This document shows positions 7,650-16,097 of a stretch of DNA of 60,132 nucleotides, one piece after another. Every line of letters begins with the position of its first letter. The stretch's first letter is position 1. This DNA comes from an uncultured Acholeplasmataceae bacterium. GTDB taxonomy: Bacteria > Bacillota_I > Bacilli_A > Acholeplasmatales > Acholeplasmataceae. A program made the position numbers and the translations under genes. A model generated the notes under the pieces. It had not been told where the DNA came from. It saw only the letters and a list, made by a program, of their open reading frames with translations, and searched no databases. Location: the NCBI GenBank assembly GCA_963540225.1, contig CAUTNH010000001.1, positions 1 through 60,132 of the forward strand. Reading direction: 5' to 3'.

Positions 7650-8189
7650 ATGGAAAATATAGAAAAAAAAGAAGACGAACTAAATAATGATACAACATTA
7701 GAAAAAAATGATATAAAATCAAATCAAAATAAAAAAGTTATTCAAAAAGTATTTGCTATTTTTACTCTTGTTATATCAGTTATATATTTTTTACTTAGTA
7801 TTTGGAACATAGCAAATTCTAGTAAAAATATATTTTTTATATTAACTACACTAATAGCATTTTCACTAATTCCAATATCAGCAATACTTACTGCTTTTAC
7901 ATTTAAAAATAAGAAGATTATGCCATTTCTAATTACTACTCTTTCAATTTGTTCATTTTTATTTTTAAATATTTTTATAAGATATATGTTTTTAACAGCA
8001 TCCGGAACACCAATTGGTTTTCTAGTAATTTCTTGGCTATATAAGATGAATGGTCTTGGTTTAGGTGCTCTTGCAATAGTTTTAATTTGGGCACAACCTC
8101 TTGTATTTTCTTTATTTATTGTTCCTATAACTCTTGGAATTATTGCAATTTATAAGGAATGTAAAATAATAAAAAATAATCTAAAATAA
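7650..8189 (+). CDS. hypothetical integral membrane protein (about 5 TM)
   Basis: 179 aa with a hydrophilic N-terminus followed by hydrophobic helices. AAGAGG lies upstream and a terminator follows. Confidence 0.7.
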   Translation: MENIEKKEDELNNDTTLEKNDIKSNQNKKVIQKVFAIFTLVISVIYFLLSIWNIANSSKNIFFILTTLIAFSLIPISAILTAFTFKNKKIMPFLITTLSICSFLFLNIFIRYMFLTASGTPIGFLVISWLYKMNGLGLGALAIVLIWAQPLVFSLFIVPITLGIIAIYKECKIIKNNLK

Positions 8190-8209
8190 AAAGGGCACCG
8201 CCCTTTTTT
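8188..8209. terminator. bidirectional terminator between convergent genes
   Basis: AAAAGGGC-ACC-GCCCTTTT with A and T runs on either side. Confidence 0.65.
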
Positions 8210-8465
8210 ATTTTTTCTTTGTTTTATTTGCTTCCATTTCTCTCATAACAGCTCTTACTTGTTTTTCAGATGGAGTTCTTCCCATTTGTTGCATCATTGC
8301 TCTTATCATATTCTCGTTTATCGGTGGGTTTTTATCAAGATATTTTTTTATTACATGTCTTGCAAGAAAAAATCCAGCGATAAATCCTCCAATAACAAGT
8401 AAAATTGGAATAAAAATTAAAATATATAAATTTACATCAACTAATGCGTTTATTTTCAAAATCAT
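8208..8465 (-). CDS. yneF: UPF0154 (YneF-like) small membrane protein
   Basis: One N-terminal TM helix, then KKYLDKNPPINENMIRAMMQQMGRTPSEKQV, which closely matches the B. subtilis YneF motif. Confidence 0.8.
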   Translation of the reverse strand: MILKINALVDVNLYILIFIPILLVIGGFIAGFFLARHVIKKYLDKNPPINENMIRAMMQQMGRTPSEKQVRAVMREMEANKTKKK

Positions 8466-8466
8466 A

Positions 8467-9003
8467 TTATCTCCTTTTTAAATATATTATTTTATTTTCT
8501 CCGTAGTCTTTTTCTTTTATAATAGTAAAAAAATCAGGAATTTTAAAATCTATTTTTTTCAATGTCTCAACAACAACAATACTACTATTTTTTATAATAT
8601 CTTCTAAATTTAATAAAGTATCATAATATAAATTACTAAAATATGGTGGATCAATAAATATTATATCAAATTTAATCCCTTCAGATTTTAAAGTATTTAA
8701 AAGATTTTTATAATCTAGTTTAAATAATTTAAAGTTAGTAAATTGCAGGCTATTTAAATTTTCATATATTATTTTATAACAATTTATATCTTTATCATTT
8801 ATATAAGATATTTTAGCACCCCTGCTAAGAGACTCTAAGGAATAACTTGCAGAACCTGCAAAAATATCAAGTATAGCTAAATTTGAAACATCTCCTAATG
8901 TGTTAAATACAGCCTGTCTTATTTTATCCATCGTAGGTCTTATTTTAGCGGATTTTATAAATTTAATTTCTCTTGATTTTTTTGTACCTGATATTATTCT
9001 CAT
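8467..9003 (-). CDS. rsmD: 16S rRNA (guanine966-N2)-methyltransferase RsmD
   Basis: MRIISGTKKSREI..RPTMDKIRQAVFNTLG..LDIFAGSASYSLESLSRGA..IFIDPPY. Confidence 0.8.
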   Translation of the reverse strand: MRIISGTKKSREIKFIKSAKIRPTMDKIRQAVFNTLGDVSNLAILDIFAGSASYSLESLSRGAKISYINDKDINCYKIIYENLNSLQFTNFKLFKLDYKNLLNTLKSEGIKFDIIFIDPPYFSNLYYDTLLNLEDIIKNSSIVVVETLKKIDFKIPDFFTIIKEKDYGENKIIYLKRR

Positions 9004-10070
9004 TAAAATTTTAAAATATTAGAAACCTCTTTTTTATCAAGAGATAAAATAAGTTTTTCAACTAAATTAACAGTTTCTAAAAAATCACTATAAGATATAA
9101 CAGATGTATGTGAATGAATATATCTTGCAGGAACTAAAATTGAAATTACGGCAGCACCGCTTCTTGCATATTGCATTCTTGCAGCATCAGTTTGGCCACC
9201 TGACAGATATGAAAGCTGATATTTAATATTATTTTCTTTGGCAACTTTAATAACTTTTTCTTTTAATTTTTGATTTGGAATTAAACCACCATCATAAAAT
9301 ATTATCTGAGGGCCCTTCCCAAGCTCTTCGCCTTGTGGGTTATCATTTCCTGGAAGATCTGTCGCAAGACCTGAATCAATTGCAATTGCAATATCAGGAT
9401 TTATATGATATGATGCCGTTTGAGCGCCACGAAGACCAACTTCTTCTTGCACAGTAAATGTATAATCAACTTCTTTATCTAATACATTATTTAACCTTTT
9501 AGCAACAGCAATTAAAACTGCTGTCCCAATTCTATTATCCCACGCTTTACCAAGTAAAAAATCATTATTTGCAAGTTTATAGAATTTTTGCATAGGACAC
9601 ACAAAAGAACCAATAGAAATCCCTAATTTTTCTACTTCCTTTTTATCTGATAACCCTAAATCAAGATACATACAAGATATATCAACTGGTTTTTCTCTTA
9701 TCTCTTTTGAAAGAATATGAGGAGGAGTTGAGCCTGTAATTGCTATAACCTCATCTCCATTCTTAGTTTCAACAAGCCATTTTTGAGATAGCATAACCTG
9801 CGAATACCAACCTCCAATTGGTTGAACTTTTAAAAAGCCTTTATCTGTTATTTCTCTAACCATAAGGCCTACTTCATCCATATGCGCTGCAAGCATAATC
9901 TTAGGTCCAACATTTTTATTTTTTATATAAATTTGTGAACCAAGATTACAATTAGTTTTTTCAAAATTTTCATCTTTTAAAACCTCTTCAATATATTTTG
10001 CGACTTTTTTCTCATTTCCAGATACTCCTGATATCTCTGATAGATCTTTTAATAATTTTAAATAATCCAT
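9003..10070 (-). CDS. M42 family glutamyl aminopeptidase / YsdC-like peptidase
   Basis: 355 aa with LSEISGVSGNEKKV.., AHMDEVG, and a DNRIG..VQEEVGLRGA metal-ligand pattern. Confidence 0.8.
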   Translation of the reverse strand: MDYLKLLKDLSEISGVSGNEKKVAKYIEEVLKDENFEKTNCNLGSQIYIKNKNVGPKIMLAAHMDEVGLMVREITDKGFLKVQPIGGWYSQVMLSQKWLVETKNGDEVIAITGSTPPHILSKEIREKPVDISCMYLDLGLSDKKEVEKLGISIGSFVCPMQKFYKLANNDFLLGKAWDNRIGTAVLIAVAKRLNNVLDKEVDYTFTVQEEVGLRGAQTASYHINPDIAIAIDSGLATDLPGNDNPQGEELGKGPQIIFYDGGLIPNQKLKEKVIKVAKENNIKYQLSYLSGGQTDAARMQYARSGAAVISILVPARYIHSHTSVISYSDFLETVNLVEKLILSLDKKEVSNILKF

Positions 10071-10086
10071 ACAATCACCTCATCTA

Positions 10087-11568
10087 TTATATAATAATTT
10101 TTTTATTTGGATACTTTACTATAATTCTTAAATATTCACCGTTTTTTTGTTCTGCTGAAAGAAGTAGTTTTCTTATTAGAATCTCAATTTTATTATTATC
10201 ATTTTTTGAGACAAACTGAGTTTCTACAATTTTTTCCATATTAGATAACATATAGATATACGCTAGATTTTCTTCTTGGAATTTTAAAAGGTTGTAATTA
10301 TCATCAAAATGAAAAAATAAAGAAATTATAACAGATTTTTTAAGTTCTATCTCCTTTAAATAATTAGCACTTTTTATTGCTCTTTGAATAATATAATTTT
10401 TATCTTTTGAAAACTCTCTTGGATATATTATATTTTCATCATCTACAATTTTATTTATTAAAATATCACTAAGAAGTTTAGATGCTAAATATTTAGAAAA
10501 TCTTTTAGGTTTTTTATAATCCTTGGTCTTAAAACAAGTATAAAGTTTTATCTCATTTTTAAATACTTTATAACCTGTAATTATAAACTTATGATAATTT
10601 GCATAAATTAAAAACTTCTTAAAATGCATTTTAAAATAATCATAATCACATCTTATCTGGTATATTGCAATTAAATTATATCCACTAAGATAAATATATG
10701 GTTCATATAAGGCATTAGCAATTGTTTTTTCGCCTTTTTCTGATGTATATTCATAATCAAGAAAGCAGACTCTCCTGAAATAAAATATAATGTGAAAGAT
10801 AATTAAAACTAACAAGATAACTAGTAAAACTAGAAAAAGTATCATCTTAATTTTAAAAGAAAGCATTTTTTCCTTAGCATTATAGACTAAAAAAAGTAAA
10901 AAAGGAATTGAAAATAAATTTAAAAATCTAAAACATGAATAAAAAGATTTTTCTTTTACTAAATATCCAGATATTAATAAAACTAAAATAATATAACTAA
11001 CCATTATAAGATTTATATAAGGAAGTTTTAAAAAATCTCTATAAGGAACAGCATAATAAAAAGATATAAATACAGCCGATGATATCATAATAGATGATGT
11101 CATATTCCTTAAGAAACGATAAAAATGATTTTTATTATATAAAGAAAGTGATTCAGAGTGAAAGACTTTTTTCATCTCATTAGTATATGAGTAAAGCACA
11201 TAACTATCATCTCTTACTAAGTTCCTAAGCTCGGTTTTTGTATTTTCCTTAAATTTAGTTTTTAAAAATCTTTCAAAAAATCTTAATGGATTTAAAACAA
11301 ATAATATAGCTCCTAAAACCATTACAACAAGCTCATATTTATAAAGTGTATATATTAAAATAGAAACTAAGATAGCATAGATTAAATTTATTATTAGTTT
11401 AGAAAATCCACCTAGAAAAAATGTAGACATAATAAGAAGACATATAATATATGAGTATATATACGATCTTATAGAATAACTTTTTAAATAAATAATTAAA
11501 AGAGGCAATGAAATTGTAGCAGCCAATATAATTATTAAAGATGTAATAAGTCTTTTTTTTAAATTCAT
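10087..11568 (-). CDS. hypothetical polytopic membrane protein with a ~220-aa soluble C-terminal domain
   Basis: 493 aa. Residues 1-270 form many hydrophobic helices; the C-terminus is a Y/K/N-rich soluble region. No catalytic motif was recognised. Confidence 0.7.
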   Translation of the reverse strand: MNLKKRLITSLIIILAATISLPLLIIYLKSYSIRSYIYSYIICLLIMSTFFLGGFSKLIINLIYAILVSILIYTLYKYELVVMVLGAILFVLNPLRFFERFLKTKFKENTKTELRNLVRDDSYVLYSYTNEMKKVFHSESLSLYNKNHFYRFLRNMTSSIMISSAVFISFYYAVPYRDFLKLPYINLIMVSYIILVLLISGYLVKEKSFYSCFRFLNLFSIPFLLFLVYNAKEKMLSFKIKMILFLVLLVILLVLIIFHIIFYFRRVCFLDYEYTSEKGEKTIANALYEPYIYLSGYNLIAIYQIRCDYDYFKMHFKKFLIYANYHKFIITGYKVFKNEIKLYTCFKTKDYKKPKRFSKYLASKLLSDILINKIVDDENIIYPREFSKDKNYIIQRAIKSANYLKEIELKKSVIISLFFHFDDNYNLLKFQEENLAYIYMLSNMEKIVETQFVSKNDNNKIEILIRKLLLSAEQKNGEYLRIIVKYPNKKIII

Positions 11569-12068
11569 TAGTTTATTAAATTGTTATCTTTTTTTAATTG
11601 TTCTTCTATAATTTTTAAAGGAACGTTAACTCTATTTTTTAAAATAACAAATAAATTTATACAAATTGTAATAATAGAAAGTATTGCCATTAGTGAACCT
11701 AGTATATAATATGTTAAAGACATATAAAAACTGCTTAACTTTAAATTACTATTCTTAAAAAGAAAGATAAATATTAAATAAATAAGAAATAATACAAGAT
11801 ATGTATATGTTATAATTTTATTTATATAGTCATATTTTTTTATATATTTTACCGATATATCCTTTTTATAAAATGTGCTAAAAGAAAATATTGCAACAAT
11901 TATTAATCCTATAAAACTTCCATATAATATTTTATATAAAAGACTATTTTCTCCCATTTTAGTAAATATAGAAAATATTGCAATCGTCAAAAAAAGAAAG
12001 TTATACATAATTATAACAATCATTGATTTTATACTAATATATTCTTTTAATTTCTTTTCATCCAACAT
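11568..12068 (-). CDS. hypothetical 4-TM membrane protein (paralog of 50115..50810)
   Basis: 166 aa. It shares the block IKK-D-INKIITY-YL with the 231-aa ORF at 50115..50810. TAATG overlap with the next gene. Confidence 0.7.
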   Translation of the reverse strand: MLDEKKLKEYISIKSMIVIIMYNFLFLTIAIFSIFTKMGENSLLYKILYGSFIGLIIVAIFSFSTFYKKDISVKYIKKYDYINKIITYTYLVLFLIYLIFIFLFKNSNLKLSSFYMSLTYYILGSLMAILSIITICINLFVILKNRVNVPLKIIEEQLKKDNNLIN

Positions 12069-12074
12069 ATATTT

Positions 12075-12083
12075 ATTATATCA
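12075..12083 (-). promoter_or_regulatory. extended -10 promoter 6 nt from the ATG (leaderless candidate)
   Basis: Minus strand reads TGATATAAT-AAATAT-ATG(12068). There is no SD. Confidence 0.5.
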
Positions 12084-12094
12084 TTTTAATAGTT

Positions 12095-12131
12095 TATAAA
12101 AAATAATTTATCCAAAATGATTGGATAAATT
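12095..12131 (-). terminator. terminator after leuS
   Basis: Minus strand reads AATTTATCCAA-TCATT-TTGGATAAATT followed by ATTTTTTAT. The stem includes the leuS stop codon. Confidence 0.65.
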
Positions 12132-14544
12132 ATTTACAAACAAAATTTACTAACTTATTAGGAACATAAACTACTTTCAAAACTTCTTTTCCTTCAAGAT
12201 TTAATTTAGTATTAGGATCTTCTTTGGCAAGTTTTATAACTTCATCTTTTTCTAAATTTATTTTGATCATCTTCTTGCCACGAAGCTTTCCATTTACTTG
12301 GAATATAACTAGGCATTCATTCTTTTCTAAAAGTAAATTATTCTCTTCTGGAAATGATTCTTCAAAAAGTTCTTTATTATTTTTTAAAACTTCCTTATTT
12401 ATTTCTTCTGTTATATGTGGGCATATAGGATTAAGTAAAATTAGAAATTTTCTTGCTGCCTCTTTAGATATTTTTTTAATCTTATAAACACTATTAACAA
12501 ATATCATCATCTGACTTATTGCGGTATTAAATTGCAGATTTTCATAGTCAAGTTTAACTTTTTTTATTGTTTCATTTAATATAACATCAAGTTTGGCTAA
12601 ATCTTTTGTATCAGTTAAAAAATCAAACATATTTATGACTCTGTCAATAAATTTTCTACTCGCACTAATTCCTTGATCAGTCCATGATTTATCTTGACTA
12701 ATTGGCCCCATAAACATCTCATATAATCTTAATGCATCAGCGCCATATAAATTTATTATCTCATCAGGATTTATTACTCTTCCTTTTGATTTAGACATCT
12801 TTTGACCGCCTATTAGAATCATACCTTGATTGTATAATTTATTAAATGGTTCATCACATTTAAAATATCCCAGTTCGTGCATAAACTTATGCCAAAATCT
12901 AGAATAAAGTAAATGTCCTACTGCATGTTCTGCTCCACCAATATATAAATCAACAGGTAGCCATTTTGATAAAACTGTATATGCTTTTTTACTGTTTAAT
13001 TTAATAAAGCCATCTTTATTTTTTAAAAGATGAGCAATGTAATACCATGAACTTCCAGCAAGTTGTGGCATTGTGTTAGTATCGTAGTGATAATCTTTAC
13101 CATCAATTTTAAAATTAAGCCATGTTCTAATATTAGCAAGTGGACTTTTTCCATCACCACTTGGTTTTATATTTTTTGTTTTTGGAAGAACAAGTGGAAG
13201 CTTATTATCGGGTATTTTATAAATATTACCTGAGTTATCAAAATAAATAGGAAAAGGTTCTCCCCAATATCTTTGACGAGAAAAAACCCAATCCCGAAGT
13301 TTATAAGTAAATGTTTTTTCTCCTTTTTTTAGCTCGTTTAATTTCTTAATAACTAAATTTGTTGCACTAGAATTATCTAATCCATTTAAAAAATCAGAAT
13401 TTATATGACTACCATCGCCTTGATATGGCAAGGTATCATCTGGTGTATCTATTATTTTTATAATTTCTAAATTAAATTTTTTAGCAAATAAATAATCTCT
13501 TTCATCATGAGCTGGCACAGCCATTAAAGCACCTTTTGCATAATCTGCTAAAACATAATCAGAAATCCAAATTGGTATTTTTTTACCGTTTATGGGATTT
13601 ATTGCATATGAGCCTGTAAATACACCTGTTTTAGTTTTATTAATTTGTCTTTCAACGGATGACATTTGAGATGATTTTTTTATATAATCAAGACAATCTT
13701 TTTTAAATTTATCTTTAATTAGATCATTAACTACCATACTTTCAGGTGCTACTACAAGATAACTTACGCCAAATATAGTATCAGGTCTTGTTGTAAATAC
13801 TTCAACTTTTAAACTTGAATTATCTACATCAAAAATGATATTTGCACCAGTTTTTTTACCTATCCAATTTTTTTGAATATCTTTAATTTTATTAGGCCAT
13901 GATAATTTATCAAGACCAAACAGTAATTTATCAGCATAATTTGTAATTTTTAAAACCCATTGTTTCATAGGTTTTTTATATACTGGATAATCGCCACGCT
14001 CTGAAAACATTTCATTATCTTTGGTATATATTTCATCATTTGCCAAAACTGTTCCAAGCATAGGACAAAAATTAACATCTACCTCTTTTAGCTCTGCAAG
14101 ATTATTTTCATATAGTCTTAAAAAAATCTCTTGTGTTATTTTATAATAATCCTTATCACAGGTTGCAAATGATTTTTCCCAGTCAACCATCTTTCCAAGT
14201 CTTTTAAGTTGTCTTTTAAAATTATCTATATTCTTATATGTAAAATCTTCCGGATCATTTCCTGTCTCAAGTGCATATTGCTCAGCAGGAAGACCAAAGG
14301 CATCAAAACCCATTGGAACCAAAACATTATAGCCTTGCATTTTTTTAAATCTTGCATAAATATCAGTTGCGGTATATCCTTCAACATGACCTACATGAAG
14401 ACCTGATCCACTAGCATATGGAAACATATCTAGTATATACATTTTCTTTTTATTTTCATCAAGTAAATCGACATTAAAAAGACCATCATTATACCAATGG
14501 TCTTGCCAAAATTTCTCATATTCTAGATGATTTTTTATTTTCAT
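12130..14544 (-). CDS. leuS: leucyl-tRNA synthetase
   Basis: 804 aa with HVGH and KMSKS motifs. The start overlaps the ACP stop (ATGA). Confidence 0.97.
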   Translation of the reverse strand: MKIKNHLEYEKFWQDHWYNDGLFNVDLLDENKKKMYILDMFPYASGSGLHVGHVEGYTATDIYARFKKMQGYNVLVPMGFDAFGLPAEQYALETGNDPEDFTYKNIDNFKRQLKRLGKMVDWEKSFATCDKDYYKITQEIFLRLYENNLAELKEVDVNFCPMLGTVLANDEIYTKDNEMFSERGDYPVYKKPMKQWVLKITNYADKLLFGLDKLSWPNKIKDIQKNWIGKKTGANIIFDVDNSSLKVEVFTTRPDTIFGVSYLVVAPESMVVNDLIKDKFKKDCLDYIKKSSQMSSVERQINKTKTGVFTGSYAINPINGKKIPIWISDYVLADYAKGALMAVPAHDERDYLFAKKFNLEIIKIIDTPDDTLPYQGDGSHINSDFLNGLDNSSATNLVIKKLNELKKGEKTFTYKLRDWVFSRQRYWGEPFPIYFDNSGNIYKIPDNKLPLVLPKTKNIKPSGDGKSPLANIRTWLNFKIDGKDYHYDTNTMPQLAGSSWYYIAHLLKNKDGFIKLNSKKAYTVLSKWLPVDLYIGGAEHAVGHLLYSRFWHKFMHELGYFKCDEPFNKLYNQGMILIGGQKMSKSKGRVINPDEIINLYGADALRLYEMFMGPISQDKSWTDQGISASRKFIDRVINMFDFLTDTKDLAKLDVILNETIKKVKLDYENLQFNTAISQMMIFVNSVYKIKKISKEAARKFLILLNPICPHITEEINKEVLKNNKELFEESFPEENNLLLEKNECLVIFQVNGKLRGKKMIKINLEKDEVIKLAKEDPNTKLNLEGKEVLKVVYVPNKLVNFVCK

Positions 14545-14771
14545 TTTTTTAAAAGTTTATTTATATAATCAACAACATTACCAACAGTTTTTAAAGTTGG
14601 TATAATTTCATCTTCAAAACGAATATTTAACTTTTTTTCAATTGCAGTAATTAAACTTATAGCATCAATTGAGTCAAGTCCTAAATCAGTTGTAAGATTA
14701 GTATCTAGGCTAATTTCTTTTTTTATTCCTAGCTCATCTAATAAAACGCTTTTTAATTCATCTAAGTTCAT
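14541..14771 (-). CDS. acpP: acyl carrier protein
   Basis: 76 aa with a DLGLDSIDAISLI phosphopantetheine-attachment (DS-) motif. Confidence 0.75.
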   Translation of the reverse strand: MNLDELKSVLLDELGIKKEISLDTNLTTDLGLDSIDAISLITAIEKKLNIRFEDEIIPTLKTVGNVVDYINKLLKK

Positions 14772-15517
14772 TTTTTATTCTCCTTAAGAAAATCATATAA
14801 CTCTTTGAATATTTCATCAACATCGCCTTTAATAAATTTTGCGCCTGCAAATTTTATATCGTCTTTATTTATTAGATACATTTTATCACCCAAATAATAT
14901 CTAACAAGAGCACAAGCAGGAAAAACCGAAAGTGATGTTCCAGCAATTATTAAAACATCTGCTTTTTCAATTTTATCAACAGCCTCATTAACAACATTAA
15001 CATTGCTTGGCTCACCATATAAGACAATATTAGGTCTTATCATAAAACCATCTTCATCAACAGGATATGGTTTATCTTTTTGATTTATTACATATTCTAT
15101 TGGATATTCTTTTTTTGATTCAACTGAATAATTTTTATAAATTGTTCCATGAAGTTCATAAACATTTTTTGAGCCTGCTTTTTGATGAAGCCCATCTATG
15201 TTTTGAGTTACAATTGCATCTAAAATATTTATATCTTCCATATATTTTAAGGTCTTATGGCAGTTATTAGGTTTTGCATCAAGATAGACTAGATTATCAA
15301 AGTAAAATTTAAAAAACTTCTCTGGATTTGAATATAGGAAATCTTTTGAAAGAATTTCTTCAACTGGTATATCGTTGTTTTGTTTTATAATTCCACTTGA
15401 TGACCTAAAATCAGGAATTCCACTTTTAGTAGAAACCCCAGCACCTCCGAAAAATACAATTTTTTTAGAATTTAAACAATCATTAAAAAATTCAGTTTTT
15501 ATATTTTTTTCACTCAT
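14768..15517 (-). CDS. cobB: NAD-dependent protein deacylase (Sir2/CobB family)
   Basis: FFGGAGVSTKSGIPDFRS, TQNIDGLH and HG motifs. Confidence 0.9.
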   Translation of the reverse strand: MSEKNIKTEFFNDCLNSKKIVFFGGAGVSTKSGIPDFRSSSGIIKQNNDIPVEEILSKDFLYSNPEKFFKFYFDNLVYLDAKPNNCHKTLKYMEDINILDAIVTQNIDGLHQKAGSKNVYELHGTIYKNYSVESKKEYPIEYVINQKDKPYPVDEDGFMIRPNIVLYGEPSNVNVVNEAVDKIEKADVLIIAGTSLSVFPACALVRYYLGDKMYLINKDDIKFAGAKFIKGDVDEIFKELYDFLKENKK

Positions 15518-15523
15518 ATATTT

Positions 15524-15529
15524 ATTATA
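15524..15529 (-). promoter_or_regulatory. -10 box 6 nt from the cobB ATG (leaderless candidate)
   Basis: Minus strand reads TAGTATAAT-AAATAT-ATG(15517). There is no SD. Confidence 0.4.
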
Positions 15530-15602
15530 CTATGTTTTATTTTTTTATATATTTTATAACTACAAAAATACAAAATTATTAACTTTTACTCTAAAAAATT
15601 GA

Positions 15603-15651
15603 TTTTTCCTAGGAAAAAATGACTTTTTTATATACTTTTTCCTAGGAAAAA
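15603..15651. promoter_or_regulatory. two identical perfect 16-bp palindromes TTTTTCCTAGGAAAAA (candidate operator pair)
   Basis: Copies at 15603..15618 and 15636..15651, with a centre-to-centre spacing of 33 bp. They lie between the upstream terminator and the cobB promoter. Confidence 0.5.
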
Positions 15652-15707
15652 TCGATTAGGAATAATATTCAATGTTAAATAAAATCTATTGTATATCATA
15701 ATATAAT

Positions 15708-15744
15708 AAAGGCTGTAAAGATTTTTCACGCTTTACAGCCTTTT
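15708..15744 (-). terminator. terminator after the PII-like gene
   Basis: A perfect 10-bp stem GGCTGTAAAG / CTTTACAGCC with a T-rich tail on the minus strand. Confidence 0.7.
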
Positions 15745-15746
15745 AG

Positions 15747-16097
15747 TTATTTATTTGGTTTAAGTAAGAATATATCATCAACAGGAACTACAAACATAAA
15801 TCCTATTGCTGGTTTTTTAGATGGTTGAACAATCCTTCTAATTGCTGATACAACTTCTTCTACTTTTTCTTTTTTTAATACTGTAAAAATAGTTTTATTA
15901 TTTCTTCCTTGATCAGTTAAATTTCTTTGAAAAGGACCATTAAAAAATAACTTTGAACCACTATCAGAACCTAAAATTGCCTGAGCAAGTCCTTGCGAGT
16001 CAAGAATTGTTGCCCCTTTTATATTAAGGGCTACAAATTCTTCTAGAATATCTTCTAAAAAATTTAAATCATTTAAAATTATAAAAAGTGCCTTCAT
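15747..16097 (-). CDS. small PII-like (ferredoxin-fold) protein coupled to the antiporter gene
   Basis: 116 aa. MKALFIILNDLNFLEDILEEFVALNIKGATILDSQG fits the beta-alpha-beta start of PII-like proteins. TAATG overlap with the transporter gene. Confidence 0.45.
   Translation of the reverse strand: MKALFIILNDLNFLEDILEEFVALNIKGATILDSQGLAQAILGSDSGSKLFFNGPFQRNLTDQGRNNKTIFTVLKKEKVEEVVSAIRRIVQPSKKPAIGFMFVVPVDDIFLLKPNK

Noticed and set aside
7540-7722. 60-aa minus-strand ORF spanning the small ORF and the start of the 179-aa gene.
   Set aside because: It is antisense to two plus-strand ORFs that have promoter and SD signals. Its translation is F/Y/L-rich junk, and no SD or promoter is present.
14545-15746. 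T-box riboswitch for leuS.
   Set aside because: leuS has no 5' untranslated region because its start overlaps the ACP stop. I found no conserved T-box sequence (AGGGTGGNACCGCG-like) in the cobB upstream region.
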